Assembly (NCBI GenBank): GCA_965219345.1
Contig: OZ244732.1
Location: 800,001 to 864,000, forward strand
Direction: 5' to 3'
From: Nitrosopumilus sp.
GTDB taxonomy: Archaea; Thermoproteota; Nitrososphaeria; Nitrososphaerales; Nitrosopumilaceae
DNA length: 64,000 nt
Shown: piece after piece, positions 8,811 through 19,094 of the stretch
Layout of the letters: every line of letters starts with the position of its first letter
Position numbering within the stretch: position 1 is the stretch's first letter
The notes under the pieces: generated by a model
The model's input: only the letters and a program-made list of their open reading frames with translations
What the model was told of the DNA's origin: nothing
Databases searched by the model: none
Position numbers and translations under genes: made by a program

Positions 8811-11800
8811 ATGAATAATGAATTAGGACGCAAAATAACTAGTCTTACACTAATGACAATAATGGTCGCTGGTGGTATGACATTTGCAGCACCAGGAATG
8901 GTGCCTGCAGCTCATGCAGCCAACGCTACATTATTTGTCTCCGCAGAAAGCTCAATGTTTGAAAACATGTTCTTCGGCGCTCAAGTAATTGAGATCGTAA
9001 TATCTGATCCACTAATTGCATCATTAGATGATGCTCATGGCTCTCCCGACGTTGAAGTCAACGGCGATGATGTAGTCATGTTACAAGCATCTGATGGTTC
9101 TTGGTATGCATACATTGCAGACTCGGACTTTGCAATTATAGCTGATGAGGCTGACACCGCAGAGAACCGTACCGGTCTAAACTTTGGTTTAGCCTGTTCT
9201 AATGGTTCGGCATCAAAAGCATTCATTGACGAAGCAACAACATTTACACAAGTAGTTGATGTTTGGTTCTCTGGTAATATTTTAGCCAGTAACGCTCGCG
9301 ATGGCGATGGCGATGGCGATGGCGATACAGTTGGAATTTGTACTTCTATAGATGCAGGTGTTGATTCAGCTGCAAACATAGTAGGAAGTGCAAAGGGTGT
9401 TAACACCGTACTAGGTAATCTTGGTCAAATATCCTTAATTGATGCACACTTATGGCCATTTATTCAAACATACGACTTTAACCCAACCGGTTCAGCTGTA
9501 GTTGAATATAACAAGGCAGGAGCCAACGAACGTGTTACTCTAACTTTCGATCTAACGGATGGTATTGCAACATATACACAAGACAGAACTAATGTACCGC
9601 TCGGTGCACAAGTCCATATTGAGATTGGTGATCCAATGTTAAACTTTGATCCAACATCTTCAGATGGATTTACCTTTGACACCGATGGTGCAATAACTGT
9701 TGGTGATGGTAAAAACAATTTTGATGCTTTAGATATCGCAGAATTAGGCTTTGGACTAAATGGTGCATTTATCGTAACTGAAAACTTCACAGACGGTGAT
9801 ATTAGAATACTAGACATACAACCTAACGCTGACGGTGGAACATCTACTGATGTTGGTATATTTGAAACAGGTGCAAATACTGCAATCTTTTCAACTACTG
9901 ACGATTCAGACATCTCCACAGTTTACGTACTTTCTAACGCAACAAGAGGCCTATCAGGTATTGTTGATTATAATGATACCCCAACATCATATGTCGTAAC
10001 CCATGAATTTGGAATTATCGACATGGACGCATCAAGCGTCGGTGATGAATGGAACTCTGGTGAAGAAATGACAGTTCTTTTGGTTGATGCGGATCAAAAT
10101 CTAAACAGCTTAGCTGATGAAGATTTAGATCTTAACAATCCAGATGTAACAATCATTCCTTCACTACAAATTGGTAGTCCTTTGTCACTGACAGATGGTG
10201 CAACGGTTGAAGGTATGGTTGTAGAGGTTGATTCTTTCAGTTTTATTGGAAGAGTAAATGCTACTGTAAACAATGATGATCAAAATCTAAAAATAGATAC
10301 TGGTATCCTTGTATCTGAACTTAGATCACTAAGTGATGCCGATGGCACTGGATTTGTATATCTTAACTATGATATCAGATCACTCGTAAAAGCTCCTGTT
10401 ACTGCTATGAAAGTAATAGGTAATAATAGCGGCGGTACTAATGTTGGTACACAAGAAACTGAGGACGCTTTGAACGCTTTGAATAGCGCACAAGCTTTGC
10501 AAAGATTCCATATTACCGGAACAGATGATAATCTTGTTGAAGATGAGACTATCATTCTAGCCTTTACTACTCGTGGCAGCTTGACAGACGTACAAAAAGG
10601 TGATCCATTTGTTGTAGACTTTTTCTCCTTTGGAGATAGAGTAAACAATGCAATCTATAGATTAGAGTTGGAAGAAACTGGCGACAACACCGGTGAATTT
10701 ATCGGAAGCGTTGAATATGTCATGACCAACCAACTTAATCAAGTGGCCGCAACATATGATGGATTATCTACAATTTTGGATACTATCAGTATTATTGTAA
10801 CTGAAGATTTGACTGACGAAGATGGACCACGAATCAATTACCTTGATTTAGGTGCTGACGGAGTCTCAACTCAGATTGCAGATCAAGAAGACGCACCAAC
10901 ACATAGTGGTGTCGTTGACTTGGATCTGGATACATACAAAATTGCAGACACTGTAGTGATTACATTGACTGATATGGATCTTAATACAAATTCTGATCTA
11001 ATTGATATCTTTGTAGCACAAAATACTGGTTTAGTAGATAATCCTATTCCTTCACCAATCAACCATCTCTTGGATGTCACCTTTGACGATATTGCATATA
11101 CCGAACTTGGTAAAACTGATGGATTTGTTCTTGTAGAAACTGGCCCAGCAACTGGTACATTTACCGGTAGCTTCCAGATTCCACCTAACTTTGATCATGA
11201 CGAAGACGTAAACAGTGATCGCGTAACAACTACAGGTACAGATATCGAAGTAAACTATCAAGACCATAGAGATGCCTCTGGTGAAACTATTGAGGTAGGC
11301 GATGGTGCAGGTGTTAGAGCCAATACTGGTTCTATCTCACTTGACAGAACCGTCTATCCAGTTCCATGGGGCCTCGTAGATGACTTTGCTGATATACGCG
11401 GCAAAACAACAAACGGATACTCTATATTCCCAGTCCACGCATCCGGAATTGAGGACTCTATAGATAACCGTCAAGGCGCCGGTGAAGAAGAGATCAGCCC
11501 AGATGGCGGTGATGTGACTATACATATCAGAGTCGCAGACCCAGATCTCGATATATCCGCAGCAGGTCAAGATACTATAGAAGCTAATAGAGCACCAATT
11601 TCTGACGACAATGACCCAGTTGGCCCAGTAAAGATCACAGTATCTAGAGGTGCTGACGAACTTACTCTTGCATATGCAGGTGGTACTGATACATCTGATG
11701 ATAAAACAATCGTCGTAGGTCCAGATACCGACACTGAGGCAAGAACAATGGGACCAATAGTAGAAGTAGCAGGTGATACTGGTGTCTTCGAACTTGATTT

Positions 11801-13544
11801 CGGAATCCGATATACTGATGGCCCAGCTTCAACACTTTGTCCAGCAACAAGTACCTACACTGCCCTTAATCTATCACTCGACGATGGTTCTGCAGCTGCT
11901 AGATTTGGCGAAGAGCCACCTAGTGGTGAAGAATTCTGTATACTTCAAGGTGATATTCTCACTGTAGAGTATACTGATGAGGTTGATGCATCTGGTAATG
12001 AAAATACTGTAACTGATTCAGCAACCTTCGATCTTCGAAATGGTGTGCTACAATCAGACAAATCAGTATACATTATCGGTAGTGATATGATCCTCACTGT
12101 CATCGAACCCGATTGGGATCGTGATAATGATGGCGCAGAGACCTATGATCTCGATGCAATCGAGTGGGACTCTGATGCAGCAGTCTTATCTATGGGTGAC
12201 CGAGGACGTAACTCAGCATCATTTGACCCAGAACCCTCAGACTTGAGAGAAACAGGTGACTCTACTGGAATCTTCCAGATTGTTATCGAAATTCCAAACG
12301 AAATCGCTGGAGATAATCTAGAGAGAGGTGAGGAAATTACTCTCGAATATACTGATTGGGGACCATCTGGTGCCAGATACGTTGGACAAGAGAACGAAGA
12401 CATGCAAGTAACTGTTTACACATCAAACTTTGGAGCAACTATTGAACTTGACCAAAAAGTCTACACATGGACTGACAAAGTCTACATTACTATTGTAGCC
12501 CCTGATCACAACTTTGACGGACAACTTATCGATACAATCGGAGATACAGATGTTGACCCAATAAAGGTCTCAACTCGTCATTTCGACCTAGATCGATATA
12601 GTCTCGTTGAAACAGGAACTGATACGGGTATATTCACGGGTGAGGTAATCCTTACAGGATTCTCCCATGATTCCAATGGTGATGGCGAAGCAACTGGACC
12701 AACCGCACCTACAAGTGACGATGGTGCAGGCCCAACCGATGGTTTCCTAGAAACTCGTCATGATGACGGACTCACTGTATCCTTTGAATACTCGGAGGAT
12801 TCGACTGTAGTCGGCTCAGCATTGATTAGATGGAATATTGGTGAAGTCCAATGGCTCGAAGCAAGTTATCCAGCTAGCGGAACAGGTGTTGTAAGAATAA
12901 TTGATCCAGATCTGAACTTGAATCCAGAAGCAGTCGACAACTTTGATGTCGCTACATGGTCTGACTCCGATGCAGGAGGTATTTCCTTAACTGTAACTGA
13001 AACTAACGAAGCAACCGGAATATTCGAAGGAACTGTGTTCTTCACAACTTCCAACGAATCGTCTGGTCACAGACTTAGAGTTGCAGAAGGTGACACTGTC
13101 ACCTCAGAATATGAGGACTTTACATTACCTGATCCATACACAAGTGCAGACGAACTTGATATCACTGCCACTACGTTAATCGGTACTATTGTGCCACCTC
13201 TCGAGAGAGTATCAGCTGCTAACTTGAGAACAGTTGACGCATTCGGTAACAGCTTGGATGCTGTATCCGTTGATCAACAGGTACAAATCAGTGTTGACTT
13301 AGCTAATGGTCAGGATAGAGAGCAAGTATTTGCATACTTGGTACAGATTCAGGATGGTAACGGTGTTACGGTCTCACTCGCATGGATTACAGGTCAACTT
13401 TCAAGTGGTCAATCATTCAGCCCGGCTTTATCATGGATTCCAACCGAAGGTGGTAGCTACACAGCAACCGTATTTGTCTGGGAATCAATTGATAATCCAA
13501 CGGCATTATCACCACCAGTTAGTACAACCATAAGTGTAAGTTAA
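8811..13544 (+). CDS. Major S-layer protein of Nitrosopumilaceae
   Basis: Characteristic N-terminus MNNELGRKITSLTLMTIMVAGG...LFVSAE; very acidic; repeated ETGxxTGxF Ig-like modules; C-terminal AWITGxLSSGQSFSPALSWIP. Confidence 0.9.
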   Translation: MNNELGRKITSLTLMTIMVAGGMTFAAPGMVPAAHAANATLFVSAESSMFENMFFGAQVIEIVISDPLIASLDDAHGSPDVEVNGDDVVMLQASDGSWYAYIADSDFAIIADEADTAENRTGLNFGLACSNGSASKAFIDEATTFTQVVDVWFSGNILASNARDGDGDGDGDTVGICTSIDAGVDSAANIVGSAKGVNTVLGNLGQISLIDAHLWPFIQTYDFNPTGSAVVEYNKAGANERVTLTFDLTDGIATYTQDRTNVPLGAQVHIEIGDPMLNFDPTSSDGFTFDTDGAITVGDGKNNFDALDIAELGFGLNGAFIVTENFTDGDIRILDIQPNADGGTSTDVGIFETGANTAIFSTTDDSDISTVYVLSNATRGLSGIVDYNDTPTSYVVTHEFGIIDMDASSVGDEWNSGEEMTVLLVDADQNLNSLADEDLDLNNPDVTIIPSLQIGSPLSLTDGATVEGMVVEVDSFSFIGRVNATVNNDDQNLKIDTGILVSELRSLSDADGTGFVYLNYDIRSLVKAPVTAMKVIGNNSGGTNVGTQETEDALNALNSAQALQRFHITGTDDNLVEDETIILAFTTRGSLTDVQKGDPFVVDFFSFGDRVNNAIYRLELEETGDNTGEFIGSVEYVMTNQLNQVAATYDGLSTILDTISIIVTEDLTDEDGPRINYLDLGADGVSTQIADQEDAPTHSGVVDLDLDTYKIADTVVITLTDMDLNTNSDLIDIFVAQNTGLVDNPIPSPINHLLDVTFDDIAYTELGKTDGFVLVETGPATGTFTGSFQIPPNFDHDEDVNSDRVTTTGTDIEVNYQDHRDASGETIEVGDGAGVRANTGSISLDRTVYPVPWGLVDDFADIRGKTTNGYSIFPVHASGIEDSIDNRQGAGEEEISPDGGDVTIHIRVADPDLDISAAGQDTIEANRAPISDDNDPVGPVKITVSRGADELTLAYAGGTDTSDDKTIVVGPDTDTEARTMGPIVEVAGDTGVFELDFGIRYTDGPASTLCPATSTYTALNLSLDDGSAAARFGEEPPSGEEFCILQGDILTVEYTDEVDASGNENTVTDSATFDLRNGVLQSDKSVYIIGSDMILTVIEPDWDRDNDGAETYDLDAIEWDSDAAVLSMGDRGRNSASFDPEPSDLRETGDSTGIFQIVIEIPNEIAGDNLERGEEITLEYTDWGPSGARYVGQENEDMQVTVYTSNFGATIELDQKVYTWTDKVYITIVAPDHNFDGQLIDTIGDTDVDPIKVSTRHFDLDRYSLVETGTDTGIFTGEVILTGFSHDSNGDGEATGPTAPTSDDGAGPTDGFLETRHDDGLTVSFEYSEDSTVVGSALIRWNIGEVQWLEASYPASGTGVVRIIDPDLNLNPEAVDNFDVATWSDSDAGGISLTVTETNEATGIFEGTVFFTTSNESSGHRLRVAEGDTVTSEYEDFTLPDPYTSADELDITATTLIGTIVPPLERVSAANLRTVDAFGNSLDAVSVDQQVQISVDLANGQDREQVFAYLVQIQDGNGVTVSLAWITGQLSSGQSFSPALSWIPTEGGSYTATVFVWESIDNPTALSPPVSTTISVS

Positions 13545-13566
13545 GACAACTAGTTCTAATTATCCC

Positions 13567-13580
13567 TTTTCCTTTTTTTT
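13567..13580 (+). terminator. Oligo-T archaeal terminator after the S-layer gene
   Basis: TTTTCCTTTTTTTT about 22 nt after the stop codon. Confidence 0.6.
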
Positions 13581-13654
13581 GAATCCAACTTAACGATAGT
13601 TATGAACGATTTTTCCAGAAGTAATATCTAGTAGAACACTAATAATCAATTAAA

Positions 13655-14623
13655 ATGAAATCTCAAATTTTATTTTCCATATTGATTATTTTTTTGCTTG
13701 TAAATATCCCAAGTTCGTTTTCAGAATTAGAGCTGTTCACAAACAGCAAGGTCTATTCCACCGAACATAATTTACAAATTTACGGTAAAGGATTGCCTGA
13801 AGAAAACCTGATTCTGCGACTCTTTGCCCCTGACGCAACAATCACAAAGTTTGATCAAATTATTACAGACTCCGATGGGTCTTTTAATTATAATTTATTA
13901 AGTTGGCCAGAACCTTCCACAAATTTTCCATACGGAACATACTCGGTTGAGGTAATCAGTACTGAACAAGATGGAATCTCTAAAATAATTGATGTAAAGT
14001 TTACATCAACAACAGACTTGATTGACGTACCTGTTGAAAGACATGTTAGCACCTTGGTGTTTGCTCCTGAAACTGCTGCAATAAATCAACCATTTCGAGT
14101 TTTTGTGCAAACAACCAGTGATGGTCTTTTAATTGGAAATGAACCTGCTGAACTGCTTGGAACCACCCATGTCCATCTGCCATCCGGCCTTTCTATTTCT
14201 CTGATTAACTCATTTGATGCCTTACACCAAGGATTGTATTTTGCCGATTTTACTCCAAAGGAAGAGGGAACACATGTCTTTCATGTTGTTGCTTTTAGCC
14301 AAGGAACAACATCTCATAGCTCCGCTGCAACCAACGTTCTAACCCAAGATCTTGGCGGAATTTCTGATCAAATAATCAAACTTAACACGGTTTTAGATGA
14401 GACCTCGGGAGAGCTTGATACCCTGAAATCTGAAATTGCAGGATTTGACGCTACTATAGAACGCTCAAGCCGACAAATAGACGAAAACATTGGAACCATC
14501 TCCACTTCTGTAAAATTCATTAGTGAAGCTTCCTCCCAACTTAACGCATTGATGTTGCCAATTATTGCGTCCATTGGACTTATTGTAGCCCTACAAATTA
14601 CAATTCTTGCACGAAGAAGATAG
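13655..14623 (+). CDS. Secreted membrane-anchored protein with C-terminal coiled coil
   Basis: Signal peptide, beta-rich region, heptad region, C-terminal TM helix followed by RRR. Confidence 0.75.
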   Translation: MKSQILFSILIIFLLVNIPSSFSELELFTNSKVYSTEHNLQIYGKGLPEENLILRLFAPDATITKFDQIITDSDGSFNYNLLSWPEPSTNFPYGTYSVEVISTEQDGISKIIDVKFTSTTDLIDVPVERHVSTLVFAPETAAINQPFRVFVQTTSDGLLIGNEPAELLGTTHVHLPSGLSISLINSFDALHQGLYFADFTPKEEGTHVFHVVAFSQGTTSHSSAATNVLTQDLGGISDQIIKLNTVLDETSGELDTLKSEIAGFDATIERSSRQIDENIGTISTSVKFISEASSQLNALMLPIIASIGLIVALQITILARRR

Positions 14624-14654
14624 TTATAATAATGCTGGAAAAGAAAATTAAATA

Positions 14655-17600
14655 ATGCCCAAGGTGGCGATTTTCTTTTCTATCGTACTTTTTTCAACCA
14701 TATTGACAGGTTCTTACGCGTTTGCTTCTGGAGATATGATCCTTGAGGAAAGCATACCAAAACAAATCGAATTTAATTCAGACATAATTAAAATTGATTC
14801 TAACTTTTTTACAGAAAATAATCTCAAGCGATATCTGGTTTTTGGAACAAACCCACAAAACTCTGATTTCTTAAAAAACCATTCCTCGTACGGAATTCAC
14901 TCTAACAGTGGATTTTTCTATGTGACAGTACTTTCAGAAGACAGCGCATCAAGTTTAATCTCCAAAGGGTATGGTGTGACTGAAGATTTTAAATTAGATT
15001 TTCATTCTACCGATGAGGATCCAATTGATGCATCACGAATTGCGCAAATATCTCGTTCCGATGCCGCACAAAAAAATTATAATGTTACCGGAAATGGGAC
15101 AACAATTGCAATTATAGATACGGGAGTTGATTTTTCCAATCCAGACATTCAACATTCTCTTGCCCGAGACGACAAGAATCACCCCATAATGCTTGATCCG
15201 GATGGCCAGGGAATTATTCTAACAAATGCAACCTTCTTTGCATTTATTGACAAAGATCAACTTATCAGAAATTACGACAAACCCCTTCCTCCTGGCATGA
15301 CATCTTCAACATATGTGACAAAGCAAGGAGTTTTTCTGGATGTGTCGCAAGGAGGTATTGGTACTGAAATTTCCATCTATAACTCATTTTTTCCACAACT
15401 AGGCTCCTCAATTATCTTTAACGGAACTTTATCTGAGGACATGAAAATTGGACAAGACAGCGGAAACTACATCAAATCAAAAAGTGGAGTATACCACCTT
15501 GGTGTAATTTATCAAGGTGCCCTACAGGGGCCTCTAGCGCGAATACAAGTAGTACCCGTGCTTGTAGTTGACTCTTTCATTCCAGGAGTTTATGATACAA
15601 TAATACCTGATCTGAGTACCTCGTGGGAAGATTATACAAAGTTTGATCTAGAAAAAGGCCAAGAACCAAAATATGATTTTGATTTTACTGATGAAAAACC
15701 AATTGTACTGGGAAGTGGAAAAGAGTTTCTTGTATATGACTCAAACAGTGATGGCAAAAATGATTTTAGCGCGGGAACAGTTGGTGCACAAGTCTTGGAT
15801 GTTTATGGAGTTATACAAAACAAAACTGCAGATATTGATGATACTCTAAGAGCAATCAACGGAACATTGCTTCCCGCATTAGATCCTGACGGTGAATTTT
15901 TTGGCCTGATGACTGATTTTATGGGACATGGTACATCCAGTGCGGCATCCATTACCTCAAGAGGAATTGAAACTTATGATATCTATAACAATACCAAGAA
16001 ATATTCCATCACTGGCGTAGCTCCTGATGCAAAGATTATTCCTGTAAAGGCATTGTGGTTTGGTGATACTGTTTATGGATGGCTATGGGCAGCCGGATTC
16101 GACAATACAGAACATGATTGGAAATTTACAGGAAAGCCTAGAGTTGACATCATTTCAAACAGTTGGGGCGTATCCAACTTCCCTTCCTTAAAGACACCCC
16201 CGGGCATGGATATTCTTTCTTTGATACTTGGCGTACTTGTAACGCCTCATTCGTTGGATGATGATTATCCGGGAGTTACAATAGTTTCCAGTGCTGGAAA
16301 TTCCGGACCTGGGTATGGAACAATAGGACTGCCAACCGCATCTCCCTATGGAATTTCAGTAGGTGCAACCACCAACAATGTCTTTGTAGGTTATGGTCCA
16401 TTCAAGGATGAACCAAGATTTGGAAACACAACATCAAATTACAATGACGTAGTTGATTTCTCCAGTAAAGGCCCTGGTATTATTGGTGATCCAAAGCCAG
16501 ACTTGATGAGTATGGGAGCGCATGGATTTACCCCATCAAATGTTTTAAAGCCTGAAAAAGATTCTCGCGATGAATCATTTTCTCTGTTTGGAGGAACCAG
16601 TATGGCGGCACCTATCGTATCTGGTAGCGCAGCAATTTTGATTGAAGGTATGAAAAAACAGTCCCAGGACGTTGATCCGTTTATGATCAAAAATATTTTA
16701 ATGTCTACCGCAACTGATCTTAAAAATGATCCATTTACTCAGGGTTCCGGATTGGTTGACGTCTCTTCAGCTTTGGATTATGTTAATGGAAAAGATGGAC
16801 TGTTCATAGTATACACCGATGCATCACATGGTAACATCAAGAAAATTTTAGATCCCGTAATGGATAAAGTAAACTCAACTGCAATTGGGCTTGAAAGATT
16901 TCAACTGCCGTCCAGTTCCATTCCCATGGCCAGTTGGTTTGCGGGACAACTATTCCCTGAAGAAAGAAGCTCCGCTACTTTTACTATTGCTAATCCCTCT
17001 GAAAGTGAGATCACGATTTCCATAACGCCAAAAAAATTATCTTTAATTGCAAAAAATGAATTTGGCGGAACAACAACTGTACAACAACAGGATTCAATAC
17101 TTAACAAGTCCGGAACATATGCTCCTAATTATATCAAGCTTTCAGATGTGAAACATCATTCTACCTTAAATGAATTTTTTGATGAGACCGATCCTATTCC
17201 TGATGATTCGTCATTGATGATACTGAATGTAAATTTTCCATTTGATACGTTTATGAATGGAACTTCGGATGTCTATGCCGATGATTTCAAAATTTCTTCC
17301 TTGTATATTTACGATTGGCTAGATAACAATAACGACACAAAAATTACAAGCAATGAACTATCCTTGGTAAATAGAGCTGGTTCCTGGGGAACTGTTCAAG
17401 AACTTAGGGTCGCCGATCCAAATGAAAAATTTGAAGGAACTCCTTTGGTTGGAGTATATCCGGTCCCGACAAGATATTCATACTGGCTGGGTGATACAAA
17501 AATGAATTCCACCTCTATGGATTATACATTATCTGCAAGCTATTATCAGAAGGAAAAATGGTCTGTGCTCTGGCCTGAATCCCAAACAATTACCGTGCCT

Positions 17601-18464
17601 CCAAAAGATGTTGCTACGGTTGATGTGACATTAGTTGTTCCAACCGGTTTGCAGACAGGAGTATATCAGGGATTCCTGACTTTTGAGGGTGAAAAACATT
17701 CGGTAAATACTCCGGTATCCTTTGTAATTAAGCAACTAGTCGATCAAAATGATTCTACTGTAGTTATTCACGGCAAACAAAGTGATGATGTTCTTTATGG
17801 AAATGGATACATCAAAGGAGCATTTGATATGGCTAATCGCTATATGGCGGGAGATTGGAGACAATATTATTTTAGCATTCAAGATGAATCGATTAGTTCG
17901 GCATCGATTGAACTTTCATGGATGGCTGATGATACCAATCTGTCTGTCTTTGTAATGGATCCATCCGGGCAGATTGTTCAAACAAATGTTCCGTCTGGGG
18001 TGTTTGGCCATTTTCTGGACTGGCCTTCACTTGATTGGTTAGGCAATTCTATCTTTAGTCAAGGTGGCGGGTTCTTTCCCGTAAAAAATAAAGATGACAC
18101 ATCAACTGTTCTTTATGTTCCAATTAACCAAACTGGTACTTACGCTCTTTTGATACATTCAACATTGTTTGGAGGAAATTCTACAACAGAACCAATTACA
18201 TTAGCGGCAAAATTTACAAATATTTCATCTCAAGTTGAACAGACAGAAACAGAGTTTGAACCAAATGACCCTATTTTAAAAGACGACTCTGACACAATCT
18301 CCAAAACAAAAATTCTTCCTGATGATTCTGTTCAAACAGATAATTCTGGTTTGTCCTTTAATCTGGGAGTTACTCTTGGATTAATTACCGGAGCTGCAAT
18401 CGGGGTTGTCATCATATTCATCGTTAGACTAAAACATGAAGAAAAATTAAACAAGGTTTATTAG
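14655..18464 (+). CDS. Membrane-anchored S8 subtilisin-like serine protease
   Basis: Catalytic motifs IIDTG, GHGT and GTSMAAP; oxyanion SAGN; C-terminal TM helix. Confidence 0.95.
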   Translation: MPKVAIFFSIVLFSTILTGSYAFASGDMILEESIPKQIEFNSDIIKIDSNFFTENNLKRYLVFGTNPQNSDFLKNHSSYGIHSNSGFFYVTVLSEDSASSLISKGYGVTEDFKLDFHSTDEDPIDASRIAQISRSDAAQKNYNVTGNGTTIAIIDTGVDFSNPDIQHSLARDDKNHPIMLDPDGQGIILTNATFFAFIDKDQLIRNYDKPLPPGMTSSTYVTKQGVFLDVSQGGIGTEISIYNSFFPQLGSSIIFNGTLSEDMKIGQDSGNYIKSKSGVYHLGVIYQGALQGPLARIQVVPVLVVDSFIPGVYDTIIPDLSTSWEDYTKFDLEKGQEPKYDFDFTDEKPIVLGSGKEFLVYDSNSDGKNDFSAGTVGAQVLDVYGVIQNKTADIDDTLRAINGTLLPALDPDGEFFGLMTDFMGHGTSSAASITSRGIETYDIYNNTKKYSITGVAPDAKIIPVKALWFGDTVYGWLWAAGFDNTEHDWKFTGKPRVDIISNSWGVSNFPSLKTPPGMDILSLILGVLVTPHSLDDDYPGVTIVSSAGNSGPGYGTIGLPTASPYGISVGATTNNVFVGYGPFKDEPRFGNTTSNYNDVVDFSSKGPGIIGDPKPDLMSMGAHGFTPSNVLKPEKDSRDESFSLFGGTSMAAPIVSGSAAILIEGMKKQSQDVDPFMIKNILMSTATDLKNDPFTQGSGLVDVSSALDYVNGKDGLFIVYTDASHGNIKKILDPVMDKVNSTAIGLERFQLPSSSIPMASWFAGQLFPEERSSATFTIANPSESEITISITPKKLSLIAKNEFGGTTTVQQQDSILNKSGTYAPNYIKLSDVKHHSTLNEFFDETDPIPDDSSLMILNVNFPFDTFMNGTSDVYADDFKISSLYIYDWLDNNNDTKITSNELSLVNRAGSWGTVQELRVADPNEKFEGTPLVGVYPVPTRYSYWLGDTKMNSTSMDYTLSASYYQKEKWSVLWPESQTITVPPKDVATVDVTLVVPTGLQTGVYQGFLTFEGEKHSVNTPVSFVIKQLVDQNDSTVVIHGKQSDDVLYGNGYIKGAFDMANRYMAGDWRQYYFSIQDESISSASIELSWMADDTNLSVFVMDPSGQIVQTNVPSGVFGHFLDWPSLDWLGNSIFSQGGGFFPVKNKDDTSTVLYVPINQTGTYALLIHSTLFGGNSTTEPITLAAKFTNISSQVEQTETEFEPNDPILKDDSDTISKTKILPDDSVQTDNSGLSFNLGVTLGLITGAAIGVVIIFIVRLKHEEKLNKVY

Positions 18465-18488
18465 CAATTTGGCGAGAAATCAGATTGA

Positions 18489-19094
18489 ATGTCAGAGCTT
18501 GGGACAAAAAAGTCTGGCGGATTATCCCGAAGGGACTTTTTAAAGTTAATGGGTGCCGCAGGCACAGGATTAGCATTTGCTCCATTTATTCCATTTGGCA
18601 ATTTCATGCCAAACCCAAACCAGGCATCCCTTGAAAAAGTACCGGTAATCCTGCCTGATGGGACCCAGGCTAATATCAACACCTATCCGATTAATTTCTC
18701 TGAAGTGATTACATATCCGGCCACTGGTGATCCTGCACTTGATGCGGAAGCATTTCGCAAGTGGCAGTTCATTAGATTGCCTGAAGAACTAGGTGGTGCA
18801 AAAAATGATCAATCCGCTATCCGGGCATTCAGTATGATATGCCTTCATCTTTGGTGTTTGTGGAAGTATTGGCCAGACGAAGGGCGGAAGAGAGGTGAAT
18901 GTCCCTGTCATGGTAGTATGTATGATCCATCAACCGGAACAGCTTTTGTAGGTCCGGCATCAGTACAAGCTCCGCCATCAAATACGTTAGCTAAATTGGA
19001 TTTTGAAATTGACTCGGATGGATTTGTATTTATCCTACCGCCAAAGTTTGATGTAAATGAGAATGGAGTAATTGGATATGGCCGTTTCGCTTGA
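18489..19094 (+). CDS. Rieske 2Fe-2S subunit of complex III
   Basis: Tat signal SRRDFLK; CLHLWC and CPCHGS motifs. Confidence 0.95.
   Translation: MSELGTKKSGGLSRRDFLKLMGAAGTGLAFAPFIPFGNFMPNPNQASLEKVPVILPDGTQANINTYPINFSEVITYPATGDPALDAEAFRKWQFIRLPEELGGAKNDQSAIRAFSMICLHLWCLWKYWPDEGRKRGECPCHGSMYDPSTGTAFVGPASVQAPPSNTLAKLDFEIDSDGFVFILPPKFDVNENGVIGYGRFA

Noticed and set aside
9035-13054. Many antisense ORFs within the S-layer gene (likewise in the TSP3 and housekeeping genes)
   Set aside because: Explained by codon bias of the sense genes; no independent signals.
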